A DNA stretch of 50,949 nt from Candidatus Bathyarchaeia archaeon (GTDB taxonomy: Archaea; Thermoproteota; Bathyarchaeia; Bathyarchaeales; Bathycorpusculaceae), in NCBI GenBank assembly GCA_050015395.1, contig JBEKBM010000024.1, positions 1 to 50,949 of the forward strand, written 5' to 3'. This document shows, piece after piece, positions 18,447 to 28,088 of this stretch. The translations under genes were made by a program, and so were the position numbers. Under the pieces are notes generated by a model, which saw only the letters and a list, made by a program, of their open reading frames with translations, was not told the DNA's origin and searched no databases. Positions within the stretch are counted from its first letter, which is position 1. Each line of letters starts with the position of its first letter.

Positions 18447-20414
18447 ATGTTGAATATTAGGAATGTTGCCGTTGTCGGGGCAGGCGCCATAGGGAGCGCG
18501 ATTGCAGAAGTAGTTGCGATACAGGGCTTCTATGTAAAATTGATAGACGTAAGTGAAGAGATACTGAAGAGAGCTGTTGAAAAGATAAGAGAGGGACTCA
18601 AAAGCAGTTATGAGGGGGGATACATAAAGGAAAGTGTAGAAAGTATAATGGAGAGAATAAAAACTTCGACAAGTTTAGCTGAGGCTGTAAAGGATGCGGA
18701 CCTCGTAATTGAGGCTGTTCCTGAGATACTTGACCTCAAAAAGAAGGTCTTTAGCGATATTAAAAAGTATGCTCCAGAGCATACAATATTTGCTACAAAT
18801 ACATCGTCTCTGAGCATAACTGAGCTTGCAAGTGCAACCAAAAGACCTGACAAGTTTATAGGGATGCACTTCTTCAACCCACCAAAAGTTCTCAGACTAC
18901 TTGAAATTGGGTGGGGTGAAAAGACCAGCCAAGAAACTGTGAAAATTGTCGAAGATTTTGCGAAAAAGACTAATAGGATCACAGTTCACGTTAAAAAAGA
19001 TGCCCCGGGATTCATAGTAAACAGAATCTTCGTCACAATGTCAAACGAGGCTGCATGGGCTTTAGAAATGGGTGAAGGAACAGTAGAGGAAATTGATTCA
19101 GCAGTTAAGTACAGAATGGGGCTCCCGATGGGGCTCTTCGAGCTCCATGATGTTCTCGGAGGCGGAAGCATAGATGTTAGCTACCACGTTTTGGAGTACT
19201 TCAGAAAAAGCCTCGGAGAAACATATAGGCCGGCTCCCATCTTTGAAAAACTTTACAACGCAGGCCACTATGGAAAGAAGACCGGTAAGGGCTTCTACGA
19301 CTGGAGCGGAGGGAAGACGAACGAAGTGCCACTGAGAGCGGGAGCGAGATTTGACCTACTTAGACTCGTCGCCCCTGCAGTCAACGAAGCTGGGTGGTTG
19401 ATTGAAAAAGATATTACAACAGCGGAAGAAATAGATCTTGCAGTTTTAAACGGTCTGAACTATCCAAGGGGCTTGCTTAGAATGGCTGACGAGATAGGAA
19501 TTGACGGGATAGTAGCAAAACTGAGAGAGCTTTACGAAAAATACAAAGAGGAAAGGTACAAGCCTAATCCGGTACTTGAGAAAATGGTCAAAGAAAACAA
19601 ACTTGGAAGAAAGACTAATGAAGGGTTCTATAAATACGGAAGAGGGAGCTATGAGTTTGTTCTGGTTGAAAAGGTAGGAAATGTCGGCATTATAAATCTC
19701 AACAGACCAAGGAGAGCAAACGCACTTAATCTAACTTTCCTTTCAGAGGTCAACGACGCCCTTAATATGTTGGAAGAAGACGAGGAAGTAAGAGCAGTGA
19801 TGGTTACAGGAGTGGGTAATAACTTCTGTGCTGGAGCAGACATCTCGATATTTGCTTCAGGAAGACCCGAACTAGTTGTTGAATCCAGCCAAACTGGTCA
19901 CAGAGTTTTCAGAAGGATTGAACTCAATCCAAAACCCGTAATCGCCGCAATAAACGGTCCAGCAATTGGAGGAGGTTTTGAGCTGGCAATGGCTTGTGAT
20001 TTGAGAGTGATGAGTGATAAAGCCTTCCTTGGACTTCCAGAACTCAATCTTGGAATAACACCGGGATGGGGTGGAACACAGAGGCTGGCCTACCTAGTTG
20101 GTGTAGGAAAGCTTAAAGAAATCATACTTCTAAGAAAGAACATCGATGCACAAAAAGCACTCGAACTCGGCCTAGTCTCCGAAGTGTGGCCTAGTGCAGA
20201 GTTCAAAGAGAAGTCTCTTGAATTTGCTAGAAAAGTAGCAGAACTGCCTCAGATTGCTGTCAAGTACTTTAAGAAGGCCGTGGCTCTTGGAGTCATGTCT
20301 TCTCTAGAAACTGGTTGCTTAATAGAATCTGCAGTTTCAGGCGACATATCTCTCACAGACAACGTGGCTGAAGGTATTCAAGCCTTCATGTACAAAAGAA
20401 AATCTCAATTCTAG
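18447..20414 (+). CDS. Bifunctional 3-hydroxyacyl-CoA dehydrogenase / enoyl-CoA hydratase
   Basis: [31 protein letters not shown]; C-terminal crotonase domain [27 protein letters not shown]. Confidence 0.93.
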   Translation: MLNIRNVAVVGAGAIGSAIAEVVAIQGFYVKLIDVSEEILKRAVEKIREGLKSSYEGGYIKESVESIMERIKTSTSLAEAVKDADLVIEAVPEILDLKKKVFSDIKKYAPEHTIFATNTSSLSITELASATKRPDKFIGMHFFNPPKVLRLLEIGWGEKTSQETVKIVEDFAKKTNRITVHVKKDAPGFIVNRIFVTMSNEAAWALEMGEGTVEEIDSAVKYRMGLPMGLFELHDVLGGGSIDVSYHVLEYFRKSLGETYRPAPIFEKLYNAGHYGKKTGKGFYDWSGGKTNEVPLRAGARFDLLRLVAPAVNEAGWLIEKDITTAEEIDLAVLNGLNYPRGLLRMADEIGIDGIVAKLRELYEKYKEERYKPNPVLEKMVKENKLGRKTNEGFYKYGRGSYEFVLVEKVGNVGIINLNRPRRANALNLTFLSEVNDALNMLEEDEEVRAVMVTGVGNNFCAGADISIFASGRPELVVESSQTGHRVFRRIELNPKPVIAAINGPAIGGGFELAMACDLRVMSDKAFLGLPELNLGITPGWGGTQRLAYLVGVGKLKEIILLRKNIDAQKALELGLVSEVWPSAEFKEKSLEFARKVAELPQIAVKYFKKAVALGVMSSLETGCLIESAVSGDISLTDNVAEGIQAFMYKRKSQF

Positions 20415-20427
20415 AGGAAGTTAATTT

Positions 20428-20708
20428 TTGAGAAACGTTGCAATCCTAGGAGCTGGAATCACCCAATTCGGAAGTGAGGCATGATGCTGGAAGGACTTAG
20501 TCGTCGAATCACGCTTTACAGTATTAACAAGCCAAGAGAAGTCAGGTTTGGAGACTATCCGGAAAACTGTATACAAATCTCTGGAATAATGTTTGATGTG
20601 AACTATAAGGAACTAAAAATTGGCGACAGAGTCGCTTGGGAAACTCTCAGAATTAGAGGGGTGGGAGATAAGGTAAGGTACTGGTGTTGCCTTAAGAAGG
20701 CGTATTAG
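20428..20708 (+). pseudogene. Collapsed thiolase + DUF35 gene pair: 18-aa thiolase N-terminal stub followed by an OB-fold C-terminal fragment
   Basis: MRNVAILGAGITQFGSEA* (20428-20484, with RBS), then ...DVNYKELKIGDRVAWETLRI... lacking the Zn ribbon. Confidence 0.7.
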
Positions 20709-20711
20709 ACT

Positions 20712-21995
20712 ATGGCTGTCGAGAGAATCTCAACTCCTCTTTTTACACCTGGATATGGTCCGCTCAGTGGTATAAGAGTATTAGTTGCGGGAAGCATCGT
20801 CGCTGGTCCTACTGCAGGCACCTTGCTTGGTGATCTTGGGGCAGAAGTAATACATATCGAGAGGCCAGGTACTGGCGACGTTATGAGATTGCTTCCTCCT
20901 TTTTATGAGGCTAATGGTAAAAAGATTGGTGGAGAGTTCGTCTGCGTCAGAAGAAATGAGCTGAGTGCCACACTCGACATAAAATCTGATGAGGGCAAGA
21001 AGATTTTCTACGCACTCATCAAGCAGTCTGACATCTTCGTCGAAAATCTAGTTTGGCTCGAGGAAAGGTACGGAATAGGAGATGAAGACATCTTTAGAGC
21101 TAATCCAAAAATAGCAATAGTACACATTAGCGGATATGGTAGACCAGAGTTTGGTGGAGATCCAGAAAAATGTAAAAGAGGCAGCTATGATATAATCTCG
21201 CAGGCGTATTCAGGATGGTGCAGACTGGCTTCAACTCCTGAATACGAAGTTTACAGATTGCCTCTGTACATAGGAGATTACGTTACAGCCCTTTTTGGAG
21301 TTATCGGGGCGTTAGCAGCATATATTCATGCTCAGAAAACTGGAGAGGGCCAGGTCGTGGATGCAGCACAGTTTGAAGCTAATGCAAGAATCATCGAGAT
21401 GTATCATACAATGTATTACAATCTTGGTGTTTTGAGGGAAGGAGAGGGGGTTCACAGGGTTTTCAACCAACAACCTTATGGACTCTACAAAGCAAAGGAT
21501 GGCTGGGTCGCAATAGGTGCAGTTGGGCCGCTCAGCTATCAGAGGTTTATAAAAGCTCTGTCCGATGCTACAGGTATTAATCCTGAAGATTTTTCATATG
21601 AAGAGTGCTCTGGAACTCCCGAGGCGATCAAAAGCTCCAAGGGAAGAGAGCTTGACAGAATACTCGGCGAGTATCTTAAAAATCACACGAGAGAGGAGGC
21701 GGAAGAGTACTTCAATAAATGCAATGTGCCTTGTTCAATAGTATCGACTCCTGATGATATCTTGAAAGATGAACATTGGCTTAAGAGAGGCGATATAGTC
21801 GAAGTTCTAGACCTTACGACAGGAACGTTAGTGAAACAGATAGGGATAGTCCCAAAATTTTCAAAAACTCCTGGTAAAATCTGGAAAGGTGTGCCAAAAC
21901 TTGGAGAAGACACTAAAGAAGTTCTGAAACGCCTTGTTGGTTTAAGCGAGGAAAAGTTGAAACAACTTAAAGAAAAGGGTGTAATAGATTACTGA
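20712..21995 (+). CDS. Class III CoA transferase (CaiB/BaiF family)
   Basis: GPLSGIRV, LGAEVIHIERP, ISGYG, YDIISQA, DYVTA, PKFSKTPG, PKLGEDT. Confidence 0.92.
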   Translation: MAVERISTPLFTPGYGPLSGIRVLVAGSIVAGPTAGTLLGDLGAEVIHIERPGTGDVMRLLPPFYEANGKKIGGEFVCVRRNELSATLDIKSDEGKKIFYALIKQSDIFVENLVWLEERYGIGDEDIFRANPKIAIVHISGYGRPEFGGDPEKCKRGSYDIISQAYSGWCRLASTPEYEVYRLPLYIGDYVTALFGVIGALAAYIHAQKTGEGQVVDAAQFEANARIIEMYHTMYYNLGVLREGEGVHRVFNQQPYGLYKAKDGWVAIGAVGPLSYQRFIKALSDATGINPEDFSYEECSGTPEAIKSSKGRELDRILGEYLKNHTREEAEEYFNKCNVPCSIVSTPDDILKDEHWLKRGDIVEVLDLTTGTLVKQIGIVPKFSKTPGKIWKGVPKLGEDTKEVLKRLVGLSEEKLKQLKEKGVIDY

Positions 21996-22096
21996 CTAGT
22001 TTTTGAGTTATTCCACATGAAATCGAAAATTTCCGAAAGTGTGCGCGGGTATGCGAGCCAAAAGAACAGAATAAAAAACATTAAAAACGAAATTGA

Positions 22097-22126
22097 TTAG
22101 CACACATGCGTGCTAAACTTTAAATA
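22097..22126 (+). promoter_or_regulatory. 20-bp near-palindrome TTAGCACACATGCGTGCTAA abutting a TATA box (TTTAAATA)
   Basis: Palindrome at 22097-22116 with one mismatch, TATA at 22119-22126, ATG at 22168. Confidence 0.55.
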
Positions 22127-22167
22127 TACGTTTAAGCGTCAATAAGCTCTCAAAAGTGATATAACCT

Positions 22168-23091
22168 ATGTTAATCGGCAAAGAAACACGAGCATATTTA
22201 GGGAAAAAGGGTTTTCCAGATCACGACCTTTATGAACTGCCAGAATCAAAGTTTAGATTTTCTGATGGCGCGCAATACCGACTAGAAGTGCCCACCGTTA
22301 ACTCGGCAGACACATTTAGGGCAATCCTTGAGACTGCTGAGAAATATGGCGTGGTCATAAATAGAATCGATGAAACACGCGGAATTATGATACACACCGA
22401 CGAAGAACTAAAGACGTACATACAACTTGCAAAAGACTATCAGGTTGAACTTAACCTATCAGTTGGTCCTAGGGCGCAGTATGATCTTAGCCCTCAAAGA
22501 GCAACAGGTACTGCTGAAGGGGGTAGAATTGGCTACAGGCTCAGAGGAATGGAGCAGGTTGTCAGAGCCGTTGAGGATGTCAAGAGAGCTATAGAACTTG
22601 GCTGTAGAGGGATAGTTGTTTACGATGAGGGGCTTCTTTGGTTACTGAATGAAATGAGAAAGGACGGGGAAATCCCAAAGGATATGAGTTTCAAATTGTC
22701 AGCTCACTGTGGACACGGAAATCCTATATCGTTTAAGGTGTTGGAAATGTTGGGTGCAAACTCCATAAATCCTGTTAGGGATTTGACCCTGCCGATGATT
22801 GCTGCGTTAAGACAGTCTGTTAAGGTTCCAATTGACATACATGTAGATAATCCTGCTTCAACTGGCGGAATGATAAGAACCTACGAGGCGCCAGACATGG
22901 TTAGAATAGGCGCACCAATACATCTAAAAACAGGTAATTCAGCCCTCGTAAGTCACGGCGTGCCAACAACAAAAGACGAAGGCGTAAGAATGGCAATTCA
23001 GGCAGTGTTGGTTGATCGTATGATGAAGAAGTACTATCCAGAAGCAGTTCAAACCAAAAAGGGAGCAAAGGGTTTAGCCATTCCTAAATAA
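22168..23091 (+). CDS. Uncharacterised TIM-barrel protein resembling the 'peptidase U32-like' family
   Basis: Full-length ORF heading a co-oriented operon; GIVVYDEGLL, GANSINP and PIDIHVD segments. Family recalled, not verified. Confidence 0.5.
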   Translation: MLIGKETRAYLGKKGFPDHDLYELPESKFRFSDGAQYRLEVPTVNSADTFRAILETAEKYGVVINRIDETRGIMIHTDEELKTYIQLAKDYQVELNLSVGPRAQYDLSPQRATGTAEGGRIGYRLRGMEQVVRAVEDVKRAIELGCRGIVVYDEGLLWLLNEMRKDGEIPKDMSFKLSAHCGHGNPISFKVLEMLGANSINPVRDLTLPMIAALRQSVKVPIDIHVDNPASTGGMIRTYEAPDMVRIGAPIHLKTGNSALVSHGVPTTKDEGVRMAIQAVLVDRMMKKYYPEAVQTKKGAKGLAIPK

Positions 23092-23108
23092 TCAGCGGTG
23101 AAGAGTTT

Positions 23109-23933
23109 TTGAAACAAAAGAGTGTATTATACCAAGAGTTAAGTTGGCCGGAAATAAAAGAGCAAACAAAAGTATGTGACATCATACTGTTACCGGTAGG
23201 CGCAGTAGAAATGCATGGTACCCATTGTCCTGTCGGTTCAGATTCATTAAATAGTCAGAAAATAGCGGAGCTTGTAGCAAAAAAAACAGGAACTCTCGTT
23301 GCCCCACCAATATGGTATGGCTCTCATATGTATATGCAATATGGCTTTCCAGGGACAATTCCTATTAGATCAGATGTACTTAAGCAATTTGCAAAAGATG
23401 TTATAACAGGACTTGTGAAGAATGGCTTTAAAAAAATAATAGTGGTTAATGGGCATGGTCAACAGTGGGTTTATGTTGGAGCTTTACACGAGTTAGCATT
23501 GGAAACTGGAGCTTTTATAGCGATTGCCACTTGGTGGGAACTTATCAGGAGTACTATAAGTGAAGTCTGTGAAACCCCCTTTGTGCATGCTGATGAGACC
23601 GAAACCGCAGTAGCGTTATATCTGTATCCGGAGCTCGTGGATATGACTAAAGCCAGTAAAGAGTCTGCACCAAGCGTTGTTGATAAGAAATGGTTCGGTG
23701 GACCCGTCGGGATATCTTTAGAAGGCGGCTTTCCTGGCCATAACATTACAAGCTCTCACTTTCAAGTCGACGTCTACAAATTAGGTATCCTCGGTGATGC
23801 CACCAAAGCGACCAGAGAGAAAGGCGAAAAAATAGTAAATGCTGTTGTTAGCAAATTATCAGAATTTATAGAAGAGCTGAAATCGAAGTATCCTCCGGGA
23901 GTTTCTCCAATAGGTAGCGGGGGACAGAAATGA
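23109..23933 (+). CDS. Creatininase-family metallo-hydrolase (resembles IolN 3-dehydro-scyllo-inosose hydrolase type)
   Basis: PVGAVEMHG.H.PVGSD, WYGSH, NGHGQ, PFVHADETET, GILGDATKATREKGE. Confidence 0.85.
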   Translation: MKQKSVLYQELSWPEIKEQTKVCDIILLPVGAVEMHGTHCPVGSDSLNSQKIAELVAKKTGTLVAPPIWYGSHMYMQYGFPGTIPIRSDVLKQFAKDVITGLVKNGFKKIIVVNGHGQQWVYVGALHELALETGAFIAIATWWELIRSTISEVCETPFVHADETETAVALYLYPELVDMTKASKESAPSVVDKKWFGGPVGISLEGGFPGHNITSSHFQVDVYKLGILGDATKATREKGEKIVNAVVSKLSEFIEELKSKYPPGVSPIGSGGQK

Positions 23934-24301
23934 TAATCGTTAGAAAAGAGGAAGCACCAGTATTTCCTGCGCCTCCCCCATCAGGGAAGGTAACCAAAAT
24001 AATGATGGATCCTGTTTTAGGCTCAAAAGATGTTGCATTGGGTATAACCGTCTATCCAGTTGGCGAAAAAGGAGCCCCGCATTCGCACACAGGTGAAGAA
24101 ACAATCGTTATCCTGGAAGGGAAAGCTAAGGTTTCAAACGCGAAAGAACAACAAATAATCGAGTCAGGCGACGTGATTTACTTACCCCCCCACGAAACAC
24201 ATACAATGGAAAACGGAGGAGAAGAACAGCTTCGTTTTCTATGGATTTACACTCCACCCGGAGACGAAAAGTCCATAAGACAGAGAGCAAGAAACAAATA
24301 A
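23930..24301 (+). CDS. Cupin-domain protein
   Basis: HSHTGEE...GDVIYLPP.ETH metal-binding cupin motifs; ATGA overlap with the previous gene. Confidence 0.88.
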   Translation: MIIVRKEEAPVFPAPPPSGKVTKIMMDPVLGSKDVALGITVYPVGEKGAPHSHTGEETIVILEGKAKVSNAKEQQIIESGDVIYLPPHETHTMENGGEEQLRFLWIYTPPGDEKSIRQRARNK

Positions 24302-24352
24302 ACGAATGTTTTATCTCAATCATGGCTTTATGCTCGCTATAATTGATTCGAG

Positions 24353-26185
24353 ATGCTTCAATTGTTTGGATACATGGGTAAAATCTTAAAGGTAAATTTA
24401 GCAAACGAAGAGGTTCATATTGAAGATCTTTCGCTGGAAATTCAGGAAAAATACATAGGCGGCTCTGGGCTAGCCGCAAAAATAATTTTCAACGATGTTC
24501 CTAACGATGTTGAACCCTTCAACCCCGATGCATTACTCATATTTTCCACGGGGCCACTCACAGGAACTTCTGTTCCATCATCTGGACGATTATCTGTCTG
24601 TGCCCGGTCCCCGCTCGGAATTTGGGGTGAATCTCATGCGGGAGGGTTGTTTGGCCCGAATCTTAAGAAAGCAGGCTTTGACTCAATTATAATCAGTGGC
24701 AGGGCAAAAATTCCCACATACCTATGGATAGATGACGGCGCTGTAACAATCACGAGCGCGGAAAAAACGTGGGGAAAGGATGTCTACGAGACATACGAGA
24801 TGATAAAAAGAGAAATTAAAGATAACACAGTAAAGATTGCTGCGATAGGTCCTGCTGGTGAAAATTGCATAAACTATGCATCTATTGTCTTTGATGTGGG
24901 CAAGGCTGGAAGAGCAGGCATGGGGGCTATTATGGGATCAAAGAATTTGAAGGCTATAGCGGTCAAAGGCACAAAGAAAATTCCAGTTGCCAGAGAAGAT
25001 GAACTGCGAAATTTCGCAAAAGAGGTGCAGATACAGTTATCGAAAAGTCCGACCGCCCAGAGTCTTCACAAGTACGGTACAGGAGGAGGTATGGAATCCT
25101 ATTATCATATGGGAAATATTCCGTTAAGAAACCACAGAGACGGTGTGTGGGATGAGGACAAGATAGAAAGAATTGGCGGCATGAAATTAACACAGACAAT
25201 TTTGGATAAGATTACTCCATGCTGCAATTGCGTTATTGGATGCAAACGGACAATCTCTATAAAAGAGGGAAAGTATGCTGGTCTTAAGGCAGACAGCCCT
25301 GAATTCGAAACCTTATGCATGTTAGGGGCAAACTTGCTTAATGATGATCTTCCGCTAGTTGCAAAAGCCAACGACCTTTGCAATCGATTGGGAACGGACA
25401 CCATATCAACGGGCGGGGTCATAGCGTTCGCCATTGAAGCTTACGAAAAAGGTCTCATTACAATAAATGATACTGGGGGTCTGGAACTCAAGTGGGGGTC
25501 GTCCGATAACATAGTAGAGTTGATTGAGCTCATAGCCTACCGAAAAGGAATAGGGGATTTGTTAGCGAAGGGGGTGCAAGAAGCAGCGAAGCAATTAAAT
25601 CAGAAATCGGCAGATTTTGCCGTTCACGTTAAAGGGCTGGAGGCTCCGGCGCATAATCCCCGGGCCTTTTTTGGTCAAGCTTTGAGTTATGCAACAATGA
25701 ATAGAGGCGCCTGCCATCTTGCTTATACTCACAACCCTGATAGAGGAAGACTCGCGCCTGAAATTGGAATCACCATGCAGGGTGACAGATTTCAGTCAAG
25801 GGGAAAAGCCTTGATGGTTAAGAAAATGCAAGATATGATGGAAGTTTACGATTTGTTGACGATATGTAAGTATGTATCTTCCGCTGGTCTTAGCCTTACA
25901 CAAATTGCAACATTTTTTGAACTTGTAACAGGCAAAAAAATGAGTGTAGACGATTTTATGAAAATAGGAGAGCGCTCGTTCACATTAAAGCGGGTTCTCA
26001 ATTGTAACTGGTGTGCATCATCAAGAGACGATAACCTTCCCAAAAGACTCTTGGAACCACAAAATGGCGGTACACAGCAGCATGTTCCAGACTTGAGTCT
26101 TATGTTAAAAGAGTACTACGAAATTAGAGGATGGACGCCTGATGGTGAACCATCCGAAGAAAAATTGAAAGAGCTTGAAATTTAA
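24353..26185 (+). CDS. Aldehyde:ferredoxin oxidoreductase family (W/Mo-bisPPT)
   Basis: GYMGKILKVNL, RSPL, IGPAGE, GRAGMGAIMGSKNLKA, CCNCVIGC, EFET, DTIS, RGACH, EYYEIRGW. Confidence 0.93.
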   Translation: MLQLFGYMGKILKVNLANEEVHIEDLSLEIQEKYIGGSGLAAKIIFNDVPNDVEPFNPDALLIFSTGPLTGTSVPSSGRLSVCARSPLGIWGESHAGGLFGPNLKKAGFDSIIISGRAKIPTYLWIDDGAVTITSAEKTWGKDVYETYEMIKREIKDNTVKIAAIGPAGENCINYASIVFDVGKAGRAGMGAIMGSKNLKAIAVKGTKKIPVAREDELRNFAKEVQIQLSKSPTAQSLHKYGTGGGMESYYHMGNIPLRNHRDGVWDEDKIERIGGMKLTQTILDKITPCCNCVIGCKRTISIKEGKYAGLKADSPEFETLCMLGANLLNDDLPLVAKANDLCNRLGTDTISTGGVIAFAIEAYEKGLITINDTGGLELKWGSSDNIVELIELIAYRKGIGDLLAKGVQEAAKQLNQKSADFAVHVKGLEAPAHNPRAFFGQALSYATMNRGACHLAYTHNPDRGRLAPEIGITMQGDRFQSRGKALMVKKMQDMMEVYDLLTICKYVSSAGLSLTQIATFFELVTGKKMSVDDFMKIGERSFTLKRVLNCNWCASSRDDNLPKRLLEPQNGGTQQHVPDLSLMLKEYYEIRGWTPDGEPSEEKLKELEI

Positions 26186-26252
26186 ATGTGGCATTCTCCT
26201 TTTGTGTCAAACTGGACATAATCAGTTTATTCTAGCACAAAATTATTTCTGG

Positions 26253-27299
26253 TTAAACAAAAAATTTAACACCGAATTTTTCAGCCAATTTCTTTAATTC
26301 GTGTAAAACTTCTTGACTTAGCGGTATACCTAGTTCACTTCTCCTCTCAAGCTCTCTTCTTTCAATCTCTCCTGGTAAAAATATTTCATTTACTCCAATT
26401 TTTTTAGGACAGCCTTTAATCTCTTTTATATACTTAGTAATATTTTCCTCGTACTCCTGGTAAGAAATAAAGGATTCAATGTTTATAGCTTCGATAAAGG
26501 CGCCTGTTCCCGAAGATCCGCTGAAATCATCAAGAGCTTTAACATCTTGCAGAAAATTTGAACCGGTAACTAATCCGCCAATTATATCTAGTGAAAGAGC
26601 TAACCCGTAACCCTTAGGTCCGCCTATGGGGGCAAGAGAGCCCCTAAGAGCGGCTATAGGGTCACTTGTTGGATTTCCCTCCTCATCAAAAGCCCATCCT
26701 TCAGGTATCTTTTCTTCTTTCAGAGCTGCCAATCGTATCTTACCTCGCGCCACAGTACTTGTAGCCATGTCTAAAATGATTGAATCGTTCTTGTCAGCAG
26801 GAAAACCTATACAAATAGGATTAGTGCCCACCATAGATGTTTTTCCTCCCCATGGAGCAATAGCTGGTGGGCCATTCGATAAAATTATACCTATTAGCTT
26901 TTGTTCAGTAAGTTTCAGCGCATAGTATGCAGCCATACCAAAATGATTAGAGTTTCTAACTCCAACAGACGCAACTCCAAATCTTCTAGCTTTCTCGGCT
27001 ACTAAATTAGTAGCTCGCATAGCTGCAATTTGACCAAAATTATTGTGGGCATCTATAAGCGCGGTTGCTCCATATTCCCTTACAACTTCTATCGGCCCTA
27101 GTGGGTCTATAAGACCTTTAATAACCCTTTCAACGTAGGCCTGCAACCTTGCAACACCATGTGAGTCTACCCCCCTAAGATTAGCCAAGATAAGACTCTC
27201 TGCAATCGTTTTTGCATCATCCTCCTTCACTCCTACACATTTAAGAACATCTAAACAGAAATCAAACAAATCTACAGCCTTAACTCGAATTAAATCCAA
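26253..27299 (-). CDS. Ldh_2 (type 2 malate/L-lactate; ComC/AllD/YiaK-like) NAD(P)-dependent oxidoreductase
   Basis: GVDSHG, NSNHFG, GTNPI, LDMATS, GGPKGYGL, LPGE. Confidence 0.92.
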   Translation of the reverse strand: MDLIRVKAVDLFDFCLDVLKCVGVKEDDAKTIAESLILANLRGVDSHGVARLQAYVERVIKGLIDPLGPIEVVREYGATALIDAHNNFGQIAAMRATNLVAEKARRFGVASVGVRNSNHFGMAAYYALKLTEQKLIGIILSNGPPAIAPWGGKTSMVGTNPICIGFPADKNDSIILDMATSTVARGKIRLAALKEEKIPEGWAFDEEGNPTSDPIAALRGSLAPIGGPKGYGLALSLDIIGGLVTGSNFLQDVKALDDFSGSSGTGAFIEAINIESFISYQEYEENITKYIKEIKGCPKKIGVNEIFLPGEIERRELERRSELGIPLSQEVLHELKKLAEKFGVKFFV

Positions 27300-27880
27300 G
27301 CCTGGAACACTCCTTTTATTTACGGGATATTAATTGGAAACCATATATATTATTAACGTTACGTTTTATTACACACAACACATTTACTTTATTCTTCATT
27401 TAATTTACTCTTCCTTTTAGATACTTGAACATTCCAGAACTGGTCATTCATTAGTATACGTAGCCAAAATATTTAGAAAGCATAAGTTACATCTGAGGTT
27501 CAGTTTAAAGTGCTGTGGGAAGAACTTGCTTGCCACTTCAAAATGTTAAGTCCCTCCAAACTTCCTGTAAGCGCAGATCATTGAATGCTCAAAATAACAG
27601 AGCCTGTGGCTAAGGTTGAACTATTATTCCTCGTATTATTCGGTGAGGTTGAGATAATAGTTTGAAGGACGAAGCAACTTATTAACTTGTAAACATATGG
27701 TTTTTAGGAAAGCAGGAAAATTAGATGAGTATTAAACGGTTATGATAAAGCGCGTTGACTTCATGTATGGAAAATATCGGATAATGTTCTTCGAGAAACA
27801 CAAATAAAAAAACACATTAATTTGGGGTCATTTAACGAATCTGAAGATCCGAATCACTATACAACGGAATACGAAATTGG

Positions 27881-28012
27881 GGCTGTGTCTCTAAATTGTC
27901 TCAAAACTGTTGTTTTTGTCTCTAAATCACAGAATTCGTGACGAATGACCAAAACTGAACCATCTTAAATTGATGAGTTTGAACAAACACAACCGAATTT
28001 GGAGACAGAGCC
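27881..28012. mobile_element. 132-bp MITE, copy 2
   Basis: GGCTGTGTCTCTAAATT...AATTTGGAGACAGAGCC 17-bp imperfect TIRs; flanks cgaaattg / cgaaatcg. Confidence 0.88.
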
Positions 28013-28088
28013 CGAAATCGAAATTGGATAAACTTAATATATAACCTCAATGATTTGTCGTTCCAAGAAAACTGGGGGATTGTATCAA

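Noticed and set aside
27320-27870. 550-bp non-coding stretch as a possible ncRNA or pseudogene
   Set aside because: AT-rich, stops in the frames I translated, and no recognisable motif or stable structure
13326-28012. Repeats as a CRISPR array
   Set aside because: Only two dispersed copies with TIRs; no regularly spaced repeat-spacer array or cas genes anywhere in the window
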